A stretch of DNA of 64,000 bases from Mustelus asterias (lineage: Eukaryota). The translations under genes and the position numbers were made by a program. Where the stretch lies: the NCBI RefSeq assembly GCF_964213995.1, contig NW_027590274.1, positions 372,001 to 436,000 on the forward strand, written 5' to 3'. The notes beneath the pieces are model-generated. The model was not told the origin of the DNA, made no database searches, and was given only the letters and a program-made list of their open reading frames with translations. Shown in pieces: positions 26,234-37,511 of this stretch. The first letter of the stretch is position 1, and each line of letters opens with the position of its first letter.

Positions 26234-26689
26234 GACAACGCCGCCGACAGTCAATCGTCCCCCCTTTCAAATCTGATTCCGATCAAGAGAAGAAGCCGCG
26301 TATTTCCGTCAACAAAACACTCCCGCTCCAATGCGCATGTGCAAGCCCAACCGCCTAAGCGTTCTGCGGGCACCGCCCAAAGCCCCGCCCCCACATCGTC
26401 GTCATCTTTTTTAGGGGCACATCTGTTCCGACACTTCACCTTCTGTCCAAATGGAGCACGTTTGCCCCGCACAAAGATGGACATCACTTAATGTCAGAGA
26501 TATTTGCGATATTGAGTCCAGATGACCCTTTATCAAAGCAAAAAGAAATAGCAAGTGGGAGATATTTATACTGCAGGGTGAGGGAATGAAAGATGAGCCA
26601 TAGCCACAGAAACCAGGGGAAAAGACTGCTAATGGCTGTCCACATTCTCTCTGTGGACAACCATTATAGCCATGATGTGGAGATGCCGG

Positions 26690-27335
26690 CGTTGGACTGG
26701 GGTAAACACAGTAAGAAGTTTAACAACACCAGGTTAAAGTCCAACAGGTTTATTTGGTAGCAAAAGCCACACAAGCTTTCGAGGCTCTGAGCCCCTTCTT
26801 CAGGTGAGTGGGAATTCTGTTCACAAACAGAACTTATAAGACACAGACTCAATTTACATGAATAATGGTTGGAATGCGAATACTTACAACTAATCCAGTC
26901 TTTAAGAAACAAAACAATGGGAGTGGAGAGAGCATCAAGACAGGCTAAAAAGATGTGTATTGTCTCCAGACAAGACAGCCAGTGAAACTCTGCAGGTCCA
27001 CGCAACTGTGGGAGTTACAAATAGTGTGACATAAATTCTGATTCTAGGATCGCATGATAAAGACTCAGGAGGAAAAAAGCAGAAATATTTATGTGAAATA
27101 GTGTGACATAAACCCAATATCCCGGTTGAGGCCGTCCTTGTGTGTGCGGAACCTGGCTATCAGTTTCTGCTCCGCGACTCTGCGCTGTCGTGTGTCGCGA
27201 AGGCCGCCTTGGAGAACGCTTACCCGAATATCAGAGGCCGAATGCCCGTGACCGCTGAAGTGCTCCCCAACAGGAAGAGAACAGTCTTGCCTGGTGATTG
27301 TCGAGCGGTGTTCATTCATCCGTTGTCGCAGCGTC
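26690..27335 (-). mobile_element. Penelope-like element 3' end (GIY-YIG C-terminus plus pLTR with hammerhead motif)
   Basis: LRQRMNEHRSTI...PVGEHFSGHGHS...EQKLIARFRTHKDGLNRD; CTGAAGA...GAAAGCTT motif at 26770-26806. Confidence 0.9.
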
Positions 27336-27689
27336 ATTAACAACCATTATAGCACCAGGGACTCATGTTCGTTTCTCGGCTTGGGTGACTGTCTGTGCGG
27401 AGTCTGCACGTTCTCCAGGTGCTCCTGGAGAACATGCTCCTCTTTTTCTTCTCATGAAAATCCAGTATTTCCGAATGCCCTGAATGAATTTTGAGGCCCA
27501 GGTCAGAGCGAATAAATAAAAGCAAAAAACTGTGGATGCTGGAATCTGAAACAAAAACTGAAAATGAACCTCTGTGGTAAATGCATCATTGTCAATCTAT
27601 TTTACTCGGTATTTGTTTCATTATTCAACATTTAACATCAATACATTTATTTATTATGCATCTCCTCATTCTGAATTGAATATTCAGAG

Positions 27690-28780
27690 AGTTCATAAAA
27701 GAGAGCTAGGCGATGATAGGGATCTAGATGAGTATACGGCTTGTAGGAAGGGACTTAAGAAAGAAATTAGGAGAGCAAGAAGCGGTCACGAGAAGGCCTT
27801 GGCAGGTAAGATTAAGGAGAACCCTGAGGCGTTCTATAAATATGTGAAGAGTAAAAGGATGAGATGTGAAGGAATAGGACCTATAAAATGTGAAGGTGAG
27901 AAAGTCTGTACAGAACTGGAAGAAATAGCAGAGGTGCTTAATGAATATTTTACCTCGGTATTCACGGTGGAAAAAGACATGGGTGGTTGTACTACAGGAC
28001 TGAGGTGGACTGAAAAGATTGAGTATGAGGACATTAAGAAAGAGGATGTGTTGGAAATTTTGAATAGCATCAAGATAGATAAGTTGCTGGGACCGCGTGG
28101 GATGTACCCCAGGTTACTGTGGGAGGCGAGGGAAGAGACTGCAGAGCCTCTGGCGATGATCTTTGCATCATCGATGGAGACGGGAGAGGTTCTGGAGGAT
28201 TGGAGGATTGCGGATGTGGTTCCTATATTGAAGAAAGGGAATAGGGATAGCCCAGGAAATTACCGACTGGTGAGTCTAACCTCAGTGGTTGGTAAGTTGA
28301 TGGAGAAAATCCTGAGGGACAGGATTTATGAACATTTAGAGAAGTTTAGGATGCTCAAACATAGTCAGCACGGCTTTGTCAAAGGCAAATCGTGCCTTAC
28401 GAGCCTGGTGGAGTTCTTTGAAAATGTGACTGAACACATTGACGAAGGAAAGGCGGTAGATGTGGTTTACATGGACTTCAGCAAGGCATTCGATAAGGTC
28501 CCCCATGCAAGACTTCTCGAGAAAGTGAGAGGGCATGGGATCCAAGGGGCTGTTGCCTTGTGGATTCAGATCTGGCTTGCCTGCAGAAGGCAGAGAGTGG
28601 TTGTAGATGGGACTTTTTCCGAATGGAGGTCGGTCACCAGTGGATTGCCCCAGGGATCTGTTCTGGGACCCTTGATGTTTGTCATTTTCATAAATGACTG
28701 GATGAGGAAGTGGAGGGATGGGTTGGTAAGTTTGCCGACGACACGAAAGTTGATGGTGTTGTGGATAGTTTGGAGGGATG
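27690..28780 (+). mobile_element. CR1 LINE internal RT fragment, truncated at both ends
   Basis: IKENPEAFYKYV, NYRLVSLTS, YMDFSKAFDKVPH, GLPQGSVLGP; breaks just after FADD. Confidence 0.92.
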
Positions 28781-28914
28781 TCTGCCTGGGTATTGACAAT
28801 ACCAGAATAAATAATAAGCATCGTCAGTATAGGTGCAGATTAAAGTGACATCTTCTCCCTCTGTCTGTGTGAGTGAGGATTCCCGCTGAGTAACAGAATC
28901 TCCATCGTTCAGAT
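28781..28914 (-). pseudogene. TCR alpha/delta-type V segment, 5' half only
   Basis: Translates DLNDG-DSVTQRESSLTQTEGEDVTLICTYTDDAYYLFWYCQYPGR; acceptor mutated (AG to CG); ends abruptly at a CR1 fragment. Confidence 0.88.
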
Positions 28915-29858
28915 CGAGAACACAAGGTTAACAAACAAAAGTCATTGATTAAAAGTTCACTTGAAGCGAGGGTGAAAAATCAGTGTAACATAAAAGAAGG
29001 TATTAAATTCTAACACATTCACTCCAACTGATCTATGTCCCCTTTCACAATCCCTCAGAGAATCCTCCCTCCTGCCTCATCTCAAATACCTCTATCCCTT
29101 TCTACCTCAGCGGGTTCTCTAGTTTGCCCTCAAATGCATCGTTACTCCTCTCCTCAACAGTTCATTGTGTCAGTGTGAGTCACTTCTACAGAACTCTTTC
29201 AAAAAAAGTTTCTCTGTAATTCCCAGTTGATCTTTTTGTTTCACTTAGATTTATGGGACACAGATATGTAATTCTCCCCAGATGGAATCATCCTCTCCCC
29301 GTCCAGCACACTAAATCTCTTTGATTTGCTTTATTATTATTTAAATTGATTTGATCATCATTGTCCAGAAATCAGTCAGATTACCTGATTGTCTTCTCGT
29401 CCAGAGAGAGAGTAATCATAATTTTTATAATGCTTTCTGATAGCTCTCATCTTCCAACCCTGGTACCATCTCTTTAAATCGCCTTTGCTGTGCGCTTTTA
29501 GAACCTGTTCTCCAAAAGACCAAAGCCACAAAGATTCATTTGTGCTCTAAGGCAGGTCTAATACTTGTTTAACACGAAAGTCCTGCTTTTCAAACTTATT
29601 CCTGCATAAATTAAACTCCCTTTTACTCTTTTTCAAGTTTCAAACTTCTTACCGACAATGAATGTCACCCAGAAAACAGCGAGAAGGGAGCACCGCATCG
29701 CTGCTGCTGCTCCTGGATTCCAGGGACTTGTGTCTCCTAAAGTTGCAGAATATCGAACGAGATAAAGCTGAGAGCAGTGGATGTCACATCCTACAGAATC
29801 AATGGGAGGAAGAGCTGAGATCACTGGATCGAGAATTAAGAGAATATTAGATAACACC

Positions 29859-30367
29859 TGTGGTGAACCATCGTTGGTTCCCACTAGGTAGTACTGAGCC
29901 AGGGTCTGGACAGTACTACGAGTCTGTATATATGTTGCTGTTGGGGTTAGGGATGGGTTGTTCTACTTGTTCCATACTCTCTGTATCGTTTTCCTTTTTT
30001 TTTAACGACGAGAGTTTAATTAATAGTAAATAAAATTGATGCGCAATATTACTCACGAGGCTTGAGATGCTCAAGGAAATAAAGGCTTTTATTTACTATT
30101 ACAACGAAGCTACCATATATAGTACACGATCCCAGACTGAGGGGTCCCAAACAGAGCAGTGACCTTTATACCTCTCCCAGGAGGCGGAGCCCGACTGGGA
30201 TGTACCATAATAACTATAATACAGGTGTAACAGCCCAACCCTAACCCCAACAGTAACAAATAGAACAACCCATCCCTAACCCTAACAGCAACATATATAC
30301 AGACTCGTAGTACTGGCCAGACCCTGGCTCAGTACTACCGAGTGGGAACCAACGATGGTTCACCACA
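29859..30367 (-). mobile_element. LTR-derived element with ~113-bp terminal inverted repeats and 5-bp TSD
   Basis: tgtggtgaacc... at 29859 and ...ggttcaccaca at 30367; acacc at 29854-29858 and 30368-30372; minus-strand LTR 30367-30037 with TATAAA, AATAAA and TG...CA ends. Confidence 0.85.
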
Positions 30368-30522
30368 ACACCATCTGCTTATTGGCTTATTGGTGACAGA
30401 GTCTTCAGGTGGTATCCAATCATCCCGTCGGCTCTCCCCTAAATAGAAATGACTGTCTTCTTGAAGCCGGGTCAAACCATTCGCGCAGGAGGAAACTTAA
30501 TGGAGTTGTAAATACCCGCTGA

Positions 30523-30560
30523 GGTTTTTGTACGGGGTTTAGCTGTAATCTAACGCTGTG
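30523..30560 (-). other. Recombination signal sequence (22-nt spacer)
   Basis: CACAGCG - 22 nt - ACAAAAACC directly after YYCAVR. Confidence 0.92.
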
Positions 30561-31103
30561 CCTCACTGCACAGTAATAGACCGCCCCGTCCTGCACTCTG
30601 AGGGTGCTTATATTGAGGTAACCGTTCTGTTTAGACGCGTCAGAAGCCGCCAGATATCGTCCTGAAACTTCATCTTCCTTCACTGTTAATGCTTTGGTAA
30701 TAATCCATGTCGCTGGTTGTGTCGGTTTCTGCTGATACCATTGCATGCTGTACATATTCTTGTCTGTATATTCACAACCCAACTGCACTGAATCCCCTTC
30801 TGATGCGGTTATTGGCAGCGATGACTGCTACTGGATCTGCGCACAGTCCGCCTGTGAAGGTAGAGGAATGAAATATCAAGAGTTAATGTTTGTATCTGCG
30901 ATTGTTTCTGCAGCACCCGCCCCTCCCCCCCCCCCCCTCCCCCCACCTCCCCCACCCTCACCCCCACCTCCCCCACCCCCATTCACCCCTCACATCGATA
31001 ATTGTGATGGTTAATTATATTACCATCTAATGTGTTTATCTGGCTTGATGTACGTTACCCAGTGCTTACCGTGCAAGAGCGCCGCCAGGAAGATCAGAAA
31101 CAT
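30561..31103 (-). pseudogene. TCR alpha/delta-type V segment with one frameshift
   Basis: Leader 31103-31070 (MFLIFLAALLH, donor gtaagc), V exon 30851-30561: GLCADPV/frameshift/QSSLPITASEGDSVQLGC...WYQQKP...DGAVYYCAVR. Confidence 0.9.
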
Positions 31104-31370
31104 GTCTGAGTGAATCTATCTCACTGAATGGGAACGGAGTGAGTCAGAGGTTGAGAAGGAGAGAGGGAACCCGGGCTCTGTTCAGCTCATTGCAGTGAGT
31201 GTGTTTGTGAGAGTGTCAGTGTGCGTGGGTCAGTGTGAGTTTATGTGTCTGTGTTTGTGGGTGTTGGGGGGAGGGGGGGGGGCTGTGTCTATTGTGACCT
31301 CACAAGCCTACCATCCATGCAGGTTTCAGTGATAATATCACGTGAGTTTCTGGCGCCCAGGCTAGAATGT

Positions 31371-31386
31371 GGCGCCCTCTGGTGGC
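31371..31386 (-). promoter_or_regulatory. CTCF consensus motif
   Basis: gccaccagagggcgcc on minus strand, ~270 bp upstream of the V leader. Confidence 0.75.
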
Positions 31387-31737
31387 GGGTTCTGCGCGCT
31401 GGAATTAGGCTGTTGACTGGGTTCCTCACTACAATACAGAACAAGACACACATGCTGCCGAAAAATCTAAATTGCGGCTCTTTAGACACGGTCTTTGTGA
31501 CTGTTGATATTTATTTGGGAAAATGATGCTAAATCTGTGAAAATCATGGCTGGAGTTCGCTGTTCAAATCCTGGGACGACAAAATCGGGAGATCGCCCAT
31601 CCTTTGGACAAATTGGTTATAAATCAGAATAGTGTCAGGGATTAACAGACTAATTTGGTTTCTTTGGTTTATAACAAGGAAGGTACGAAAAGTAACTTTA
31701 TTGACCTGTTCAGAATGTTGCCCTTTTCAGAGGGTAA

Positions 31738-31987
31738 AATGTGGTATTATAACTCCATTTTAAAGTCACCTGTTCTTCTGTTTTAACTGCTGCGGACCGC
31801 GGCTGAGTGACAGAGTCTCCATGAGCCACATCTGGAAAAGTTTGCCTTTTCCAGAAGAGGTAGATTCATGAAAAATGATTCTACACCCGAGGTGCAGTCT
31901 CAGATTTGAAAAAGGGAATAAATAAAAACGCGGAAGAATTTATCGTCGGAAATTGTCGAACACAAACATGAGTCTTGAAGATTCATA
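31738..31987 (-). pseudogene. TCR V relic (decayed leader and framework 1 only)
   Basis: ttttccag acceptor then DVAHG-DSVTQPRSAAVKTEEQVTLKWSYNTTF, paralogous to the V at 43390; first Cys changed to Trp, remainder missing. Confidence 0.8.
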
Positions 31988-32024
31988 GGTGGGAGAAAGC
32001 TGCATTTTGTAGTTCCATATCTCT

Positions 32025-32039
32025 GCCACCAGAGGGCAG
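32025..32039 (+). promoter_or_regulatory. CTCF consensus motif
   Basis: gccaccagagggcag just upstream of the relic V leader. Confidence 0.7.
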
Positions 32040-32476
32040 GACGATACCATGTTGCGTTCAGGCTCGGGGCTATTTGCAGTCTCCAGTCATGGCCAGTAAC
32101 ATTATTGAGAAAATGTAATTAAAAGAGCAAATGTCGGAACAGAAATATTTTAGCATTGATAGCAAACTTATATTGTTTCACGAGATATATTATGAGTTTT
32201 CAAAGTTGCTATTACTGTTGGTATACTGCAAATATTCTCGTTCGTTCAGCTTGGCATTCGGCATTCTTTGTGTAGCCTGGCGGGTAATATGTGTACTTCA
32301 TAGACAAAAGCGCCCAGTCGAGTTCGCAATATTGGGCGGATATTTTGCTGGAGCTTTAAGTCCACAAATGCTGATGTGGTGGATTATTTCAACAATGTCG
32401 GCTTTCATCAGAGATGGCTAAACTGCTTTGGCGAAAGAGAAATGAGCTATATTTTGCTTACGCTTGCTTTTGGGTA

Positions 32477-32567
32477 GGTTGGTTGGTCGAAGAGCATGAT
32501 TATTGCTTCGGGTATTTTAGTCGATGAGACATGCGGGAGGTTCCGGGTTCAAATCCTAGACGAGCCC
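32477..32567 (+). pseudogene. tRNA-Pro(CGG) pseudogene with a 19-nt insertion at the canonical intron position
   Basis: Aligns to vertebrate tRNA-Pro (3' half ggttccgggttcaaatcctagacgagccc); anticodon CGG 32509-32511; insertion 32513-32531; several stem mismatches. Confidence 0.8.
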
Positions 32568-33125
32568 TTTAATTGCCTCCTTTTGACCAAGTCAGGTATT
32601 GTGATTTGTTTCGGGTGCAAACGGCGGGATTGCTTTCCGCTGGCCAACTCCGAAAAAGGATCATAGAGGCACAAAGTTTTACAGAACGGAAAGGGGCCCT
32701 TCGGCCCATCGTGTCCGGGTTGGCCATCTGACATCTGGACTGGAAACGTTAACTCTGTTTCTCGCTCCGCAGATACTGCCAGAACTACTGAAATAACCCA
32801 GCATTTTCTGTTTTTATTTCAGATTTACAGAATCTGCAGTATACTGCATTATATACAAGCACATATATAAAGCCTAACAGAAGGCAGCATACTATATAAC
32901 TATCTATCTAGATAGATCACTATGGGAGGAAACCGGAGCACCCGGAGGAAACTACAGGGAGAAAGTGCAAACTCCACACATACTGTGACCCGAGGTCAAG
33001 AATTGAACCTGGGACCCTGGCGCTGTGAGGCAGCAGTGCTAACCCAAAATGCATCTTCCCAGAAACAGCCAGGGTCTATAAGAAATGCATTTGCCAGCGT
33101 TGGACACCTAACCGTTTGATATCTG

Positions 33126-33198
33126 CACTCCAGATGGGACTCGAGTACACAACCCGTGGTTTATAAAGCCAGTATCTTACCCATTACGGCAATGGGGT
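33126..33198 (-). pseudogene. tRNA-Arg(CCT)-derived pseudogene
   Basis: 73-nt gap-free match to GCCCCAGTGGCCTAATGGATAAGGCACTGG...TCGAGTCCCACCTGGGGTG with many substitutions including the anticodon. Confidence 0.75.
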
Positions 33199-34457
33199 TG
33201 CATTCGTGCTATTGCTGCAGCTTGTAAAAGCTGCAAATCTTCATCATCACAGATAGTGACTAAGCCAGGAATCGAAACAACGTACTTGGCATGCTGAGGC
33301 AGCAGATCTAACCATTGTGGCGTCCTCTCCCACAAAATTCTATGAGATTCTATAAATTGCAGATTTTGTTTATTTCTTTGCGGTGCAGATGAAGGGATTG
33401 GTTCTCATGGGGTTTAGTTTGAGAACCTGAGCACAAACTGCGGGGAATCTATCAGCACAACACACTCGATAGACAATCAAGATACGTTCAACAGGGTTGG
33501 CTATGCAACTGGGCATTCATTTTATCCCCATTCACCTCTTCAGCTGACCCCATGACTGCGGGTTCGGGGAACTGGCTGGATGTTTCTTTTTGTTCATGTG
33601 GGTGTCGCTTGGTTAGATCAGCATGGACTGCCCATCAGTAATTACCCTTGAGAATGTGGTGGTGACCTGTCTTCTTGAAACGTTGCAGTGTATTTGTGTA
33701 GGTACACCCACAGTGCTGTTAGGGAGAGAATTCCAGGAATTTATCCCAATGACAGTGAAGGAACGGTGATATATTTCCAAATCAGAATGCTGAGTGACTT
33801 GAGTTGGGGGGGGGGGGGGGGAAGGGGGTATGCAGTGGATCGGGGGAATGGGGGCAAACCTGCCAGTGGTAGTGGTCTTGGGTTTTGAAGGTGCTGTCTA
33901 ATGTGCGTTTGGTGAATTCCTGCATCCTCCAGACAAGTGGAAAGTATTCTGTCACACTCCTGATTTGTGCCTTGTAGATCGTGGTCTGTTTTTTGGGAGT
34001 CAGGAGGTGAGTTATTCGCCGCAGGTTTCTCAGCCTCTGACCTGCTCTTGTAGCCACCTCGAACTGATAAAATGTCTCCTGAGTCACAATAAGCGCATCT
34101 TCTTTCCTGTTCATTTTGTTGTGAATTTTCAGCACTTCTCTTTTTCCCTGAATGTATTTTTAGGCATAAGTAAGAGCCAATGTCTTTGATTGTAAGATAT
34201 TCTACTCGGGTAATGTTCGGCAGTGGATTCACAGAGGGAGTAGTTAGGGGTTGAGTCGTGTTACTGTCGCTGGAAATTAAACGCAGAGAAGCAGGCTGAA
34301 TTCCAACACAGCAGATTGACTGAATTCAAGGGCCATTAGGGATGGCAGTAAATAAAATATGAATTAAGCAACCTTTCCTCACTTAAACGTATTGGTTTCT
34401 GCCCGGCTTTGAACCGTCTGGCCAATATGTAGCAAATGTTGCAAATTCCCCATATGT

Positions 34458-34530
34458 GGGCCAGTGGCGCAATGGATAACGCGTCTGACTACGGATTAGA
34501 AGATTCCAGGTTCGACTCCTGGCTGGCTCG
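34458..34530 (+). tRNA. tRNA-Arg-ACG: tRNA-Arg(ACG)
   Basis: Matches the vertebrate sequence except one C to T giving a G-U pair in the anticodon stem; T5 terminator at ~34538. Confidence 0.93.
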
Positions 34531-35864
34531 GTGTAAATTTTTAAAATAGTTCGTAAACTCCATTTCAGTTTCGATGAAAAAATGTATTTTCAGTAACTTT
34601 AAACCAATTCAGACAAATGTTTACTCAATCCAGTCACCTTCGATGAAGAAATTTATCTTAGGTCATTAATTTTCAAAAGAAAGTTGGCCATTTTAAGTAA
34701 GATTCCACTGATAAACTTTCATTGAGTATGTTTAAATTATTTTCTTTAAATTACGAATTTTCGTGAAATTATTTGGAACAAGTATTTTAAGCTATCTTTT
34801 AAAAAGTTGGGAATTTCTAGATAAATAACGTGGAAATCTTACATTTTTGAAAATGGTGAAAATAGTTTCTAATAAGTTGATGAAAATTTGTAAAACTCTG
34901 CGAAGGAATTTAATTTAAATATCTTTCATAGAAAGAAGTTCACAAAATACTCAAGTTCCATCGAAATGTTTTTTCAAAAGTTGAGAAATTCTAGTTAAAT
35001 TCCATTGAGGAATTTCTTTGAAGTAAGTTTCGTTTAGAAAAGTTAAAATTAGCGAGGTTTATGACCCTGCGATTATTCTCCATTTGAGCGAAGAAGATTG
35101 AGGAGTGATTTAATCGAGGTGGACTAAATTAGGATAAGTTTTGAGGGGGAAGAGGCAAATTTAAAGATTTTTGGCAAGGCGGGCGCAGAGAAGATTTGGA
35201 AGGAACATTTTTCCGCAGCGAGCACTAAGAACCAGAAACTCATTGCCTACGAGTGTTAGATGCAGTTAATTTAGATAAATATAAATTCTGAGGCCGGAGA
35301 TGGATTTCCTGAGAAAAGAGATGTTTCCAGGAACATTCTGAGGCAAGTATAAAGTTTATTTATTAGTCACAAGTAGGCTTACATTCACACTGAAATTAAG
35401 TTACTGTGAAAATCCCCGAGTCTCCACACTCCAACGCCTGTTCAGAATCTCCTCGATGATATTGAATCTGGAAGATCAATCTATGGAACCATACCCCTTC
35501 CCCCTCCACCGCCCCCACCCGCTGCTGTGATGTTTGATAAGAACCCTGCTGATGTTAAATGCGAGGCATCCCAAAATCAAAAAAAGGTATTTTGGGACAT
35601 TGGTTCTTAGTTGTGTATGTTTTCAATTTGATATAATATGAAAAGAGATATGCAAAATATTGAAACTATCGAATTGGAACTTCCGACATTGTTACAACAA
35701 CATTAACTGTTTCCCCTCACGGCCACCACCTCCCACGCTGTGTAAGGGGCCAATATTGTAGCGAATTCTCGTCTCTCTAAAAATCAACTTGACTGATTCG
35801 CTGAAGCTGCTCTGACGTAATGAATTGGAGATCAAAGGGTCTGTGAGCTGATTGGATGAATTGG

Positions 35865-35978
35865 CCATGATGTGGAGTTGCCTGCGTTGGACTGGGGTAG
35901 GCACAATGAGTCGTCTCACAACACCAGGTTAAAATTGGTAGCACGAGCTTTCGGAGCGCTGCGCCTTCATCAGGTGAC
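35865..35978 (-). mobile_element. Short Penelope pLTR insertion with hammerhead motif
   Basis: TSD ggatgaattgg (35854-35864, 35979-35989); cac-CTGATGA...GAAAGCTC-gtg at 35942-35976. Confidence 0.8.
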
Positions 35979-37454
35979 GGATGAATTGGAGAACAGGAGG
36001 CCGTGGAGCGGATGAGACGTCACCAGTTGATTCTTTCAGGAATGAACCAATCGCTGGAGAGACCGGATATATATGAATATCTTCACAGAAACAATTACAG
36101 GTTCACCCATTCTGTTTAATTCCGCAATAAACTTGCTGCTAACATGTAGGGTCTCGTTTTGTATTAAGTTCTCACTGTTTCAGCTCTCTTACTTGGTCAG
36201 TCAACAATTTAGACAATCTTCCTCTTGCAAGCAACTTCGACATTAATTTAATTTCGCTTTGTTGCAAATTACAATGTGATCCGTTCCCTAATGCTATTAT
36301 TTACAATCAAATGATAATGACATCTTAACGCTTGATGTTTCTAAATTTCTGCAGGTGTCATTGCTGCAGACTCGATCTCACAGGAGCCGGTGATAGCGAT
36401 GTTTTCTGTAAAATAAGAAATGCTGATTTTTTTTGACGCACTGAAAGGAAAGAAACGTTTCGATTTTGACGCCGTGCGCATATCCGCATCTCGTTCAGTC
36501 TGCAGCAGAATTGAATGGGTTTATAGGTGCAGACTAACATAGTTAATCACCACCTGAAGCATGTCTCATAGTAGTGTGTGCTCAAAAAGACAGACACAAG
36601 TGATACTGCAAGTGGACGAGAGGAAATGGCGCATATTTCCCAGAATATTTTTTTAAAAATCGTTCGTCATAAAAAAGAAATAGGAAAAAAACACTCAGCC
36701 AGATGAGGAAATCGAGACTCAGCGCGGAAATACTGGACTTTCCTGTAGATGGCCGGAATTTATACACCTGAATGTTTCAGGCCCAAAATAAAAAAGGCCA
36801 AGTGTAACTAACAGATATGTTTTCAACCTCTTCCATTTAAATGTTGTTGACTTTGTTTAAACGCTGACTATAGTCAATCTCAAAATTGCGATCTCTATTA
36901 TCCGGTGACTCGATTGCTTCTGTTGGTCAGTTATGTTTGCAATTCAGTGATATTCAATTTCAGAGATATTCAATTCATAATGAAGACATATGTGTTAAAT
37001 AATGCATTGATATTAAATATTGAAACAAATACTGAGTACAATTGTACAATGAGCTTTGATAAAGTGCCATCTGGATCTGAAACGTCAGCTCCTTTCTCTC
37101 CTCACAGATGCTGCCAGACCACGTGAGATTTTCCAGCATTTTCTCTTTTGTTTTCTGATTCCAGCATCCTCAGTAATTTGCTTTTATTAATGAGCACAAT
37201 CGGTTGAGAATTTTCAATGGACGATGAGAATGGATGCATTAATGAATGAGCAGAAATCATTGGTCCCGTAGATATTTGCCAAACGAACGCTTTTAAATTT
37301 TGAAGTTCAAGATAATGCGAGCAATCAGATTGAAAGTAACGGTTTTCTTCCTGAAACAAGTGACGTGGGCTCTCAGTCAAACCATTGGAACCTGCAGAAA
37401 CACAGCGCAGTTAACATTGCAGATAGATAGATTTGCTGGAGTTTGCTGCCAGCT

Positions 37455-37511
37455 GTTTCTATAGTGGTTATCACGTTCGCCTCACACGCAAAAGGTCCCC
37501 GGGGGGAAACG
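37455..37511 (+). pseudogene. tRNA-Val(CAC) pseudogene, internally deleted
   Basis: tagtggttatcacgttcgcctcacacgcaaaaggtcccc; T-loop and part of the 5' end missing. Confidence 0.85.

Noticed and set aside
27574-28848. 424-aa ORF as a functional RT gene
   Set aside because: CR1 fragment with non-coding read-in at the start and a frameshift before the catalytic FADD
29655-29850. V-like start (NVTQK, EGSTASL)
   Set aside because: Motifs are in different frames and no other Ig landmarks follow
34540-35050. AT-rich degenerate repeat downstream of tRNA-Arg
   Set aside because: Recurrent aaaagttg motifs but no definable unit or function
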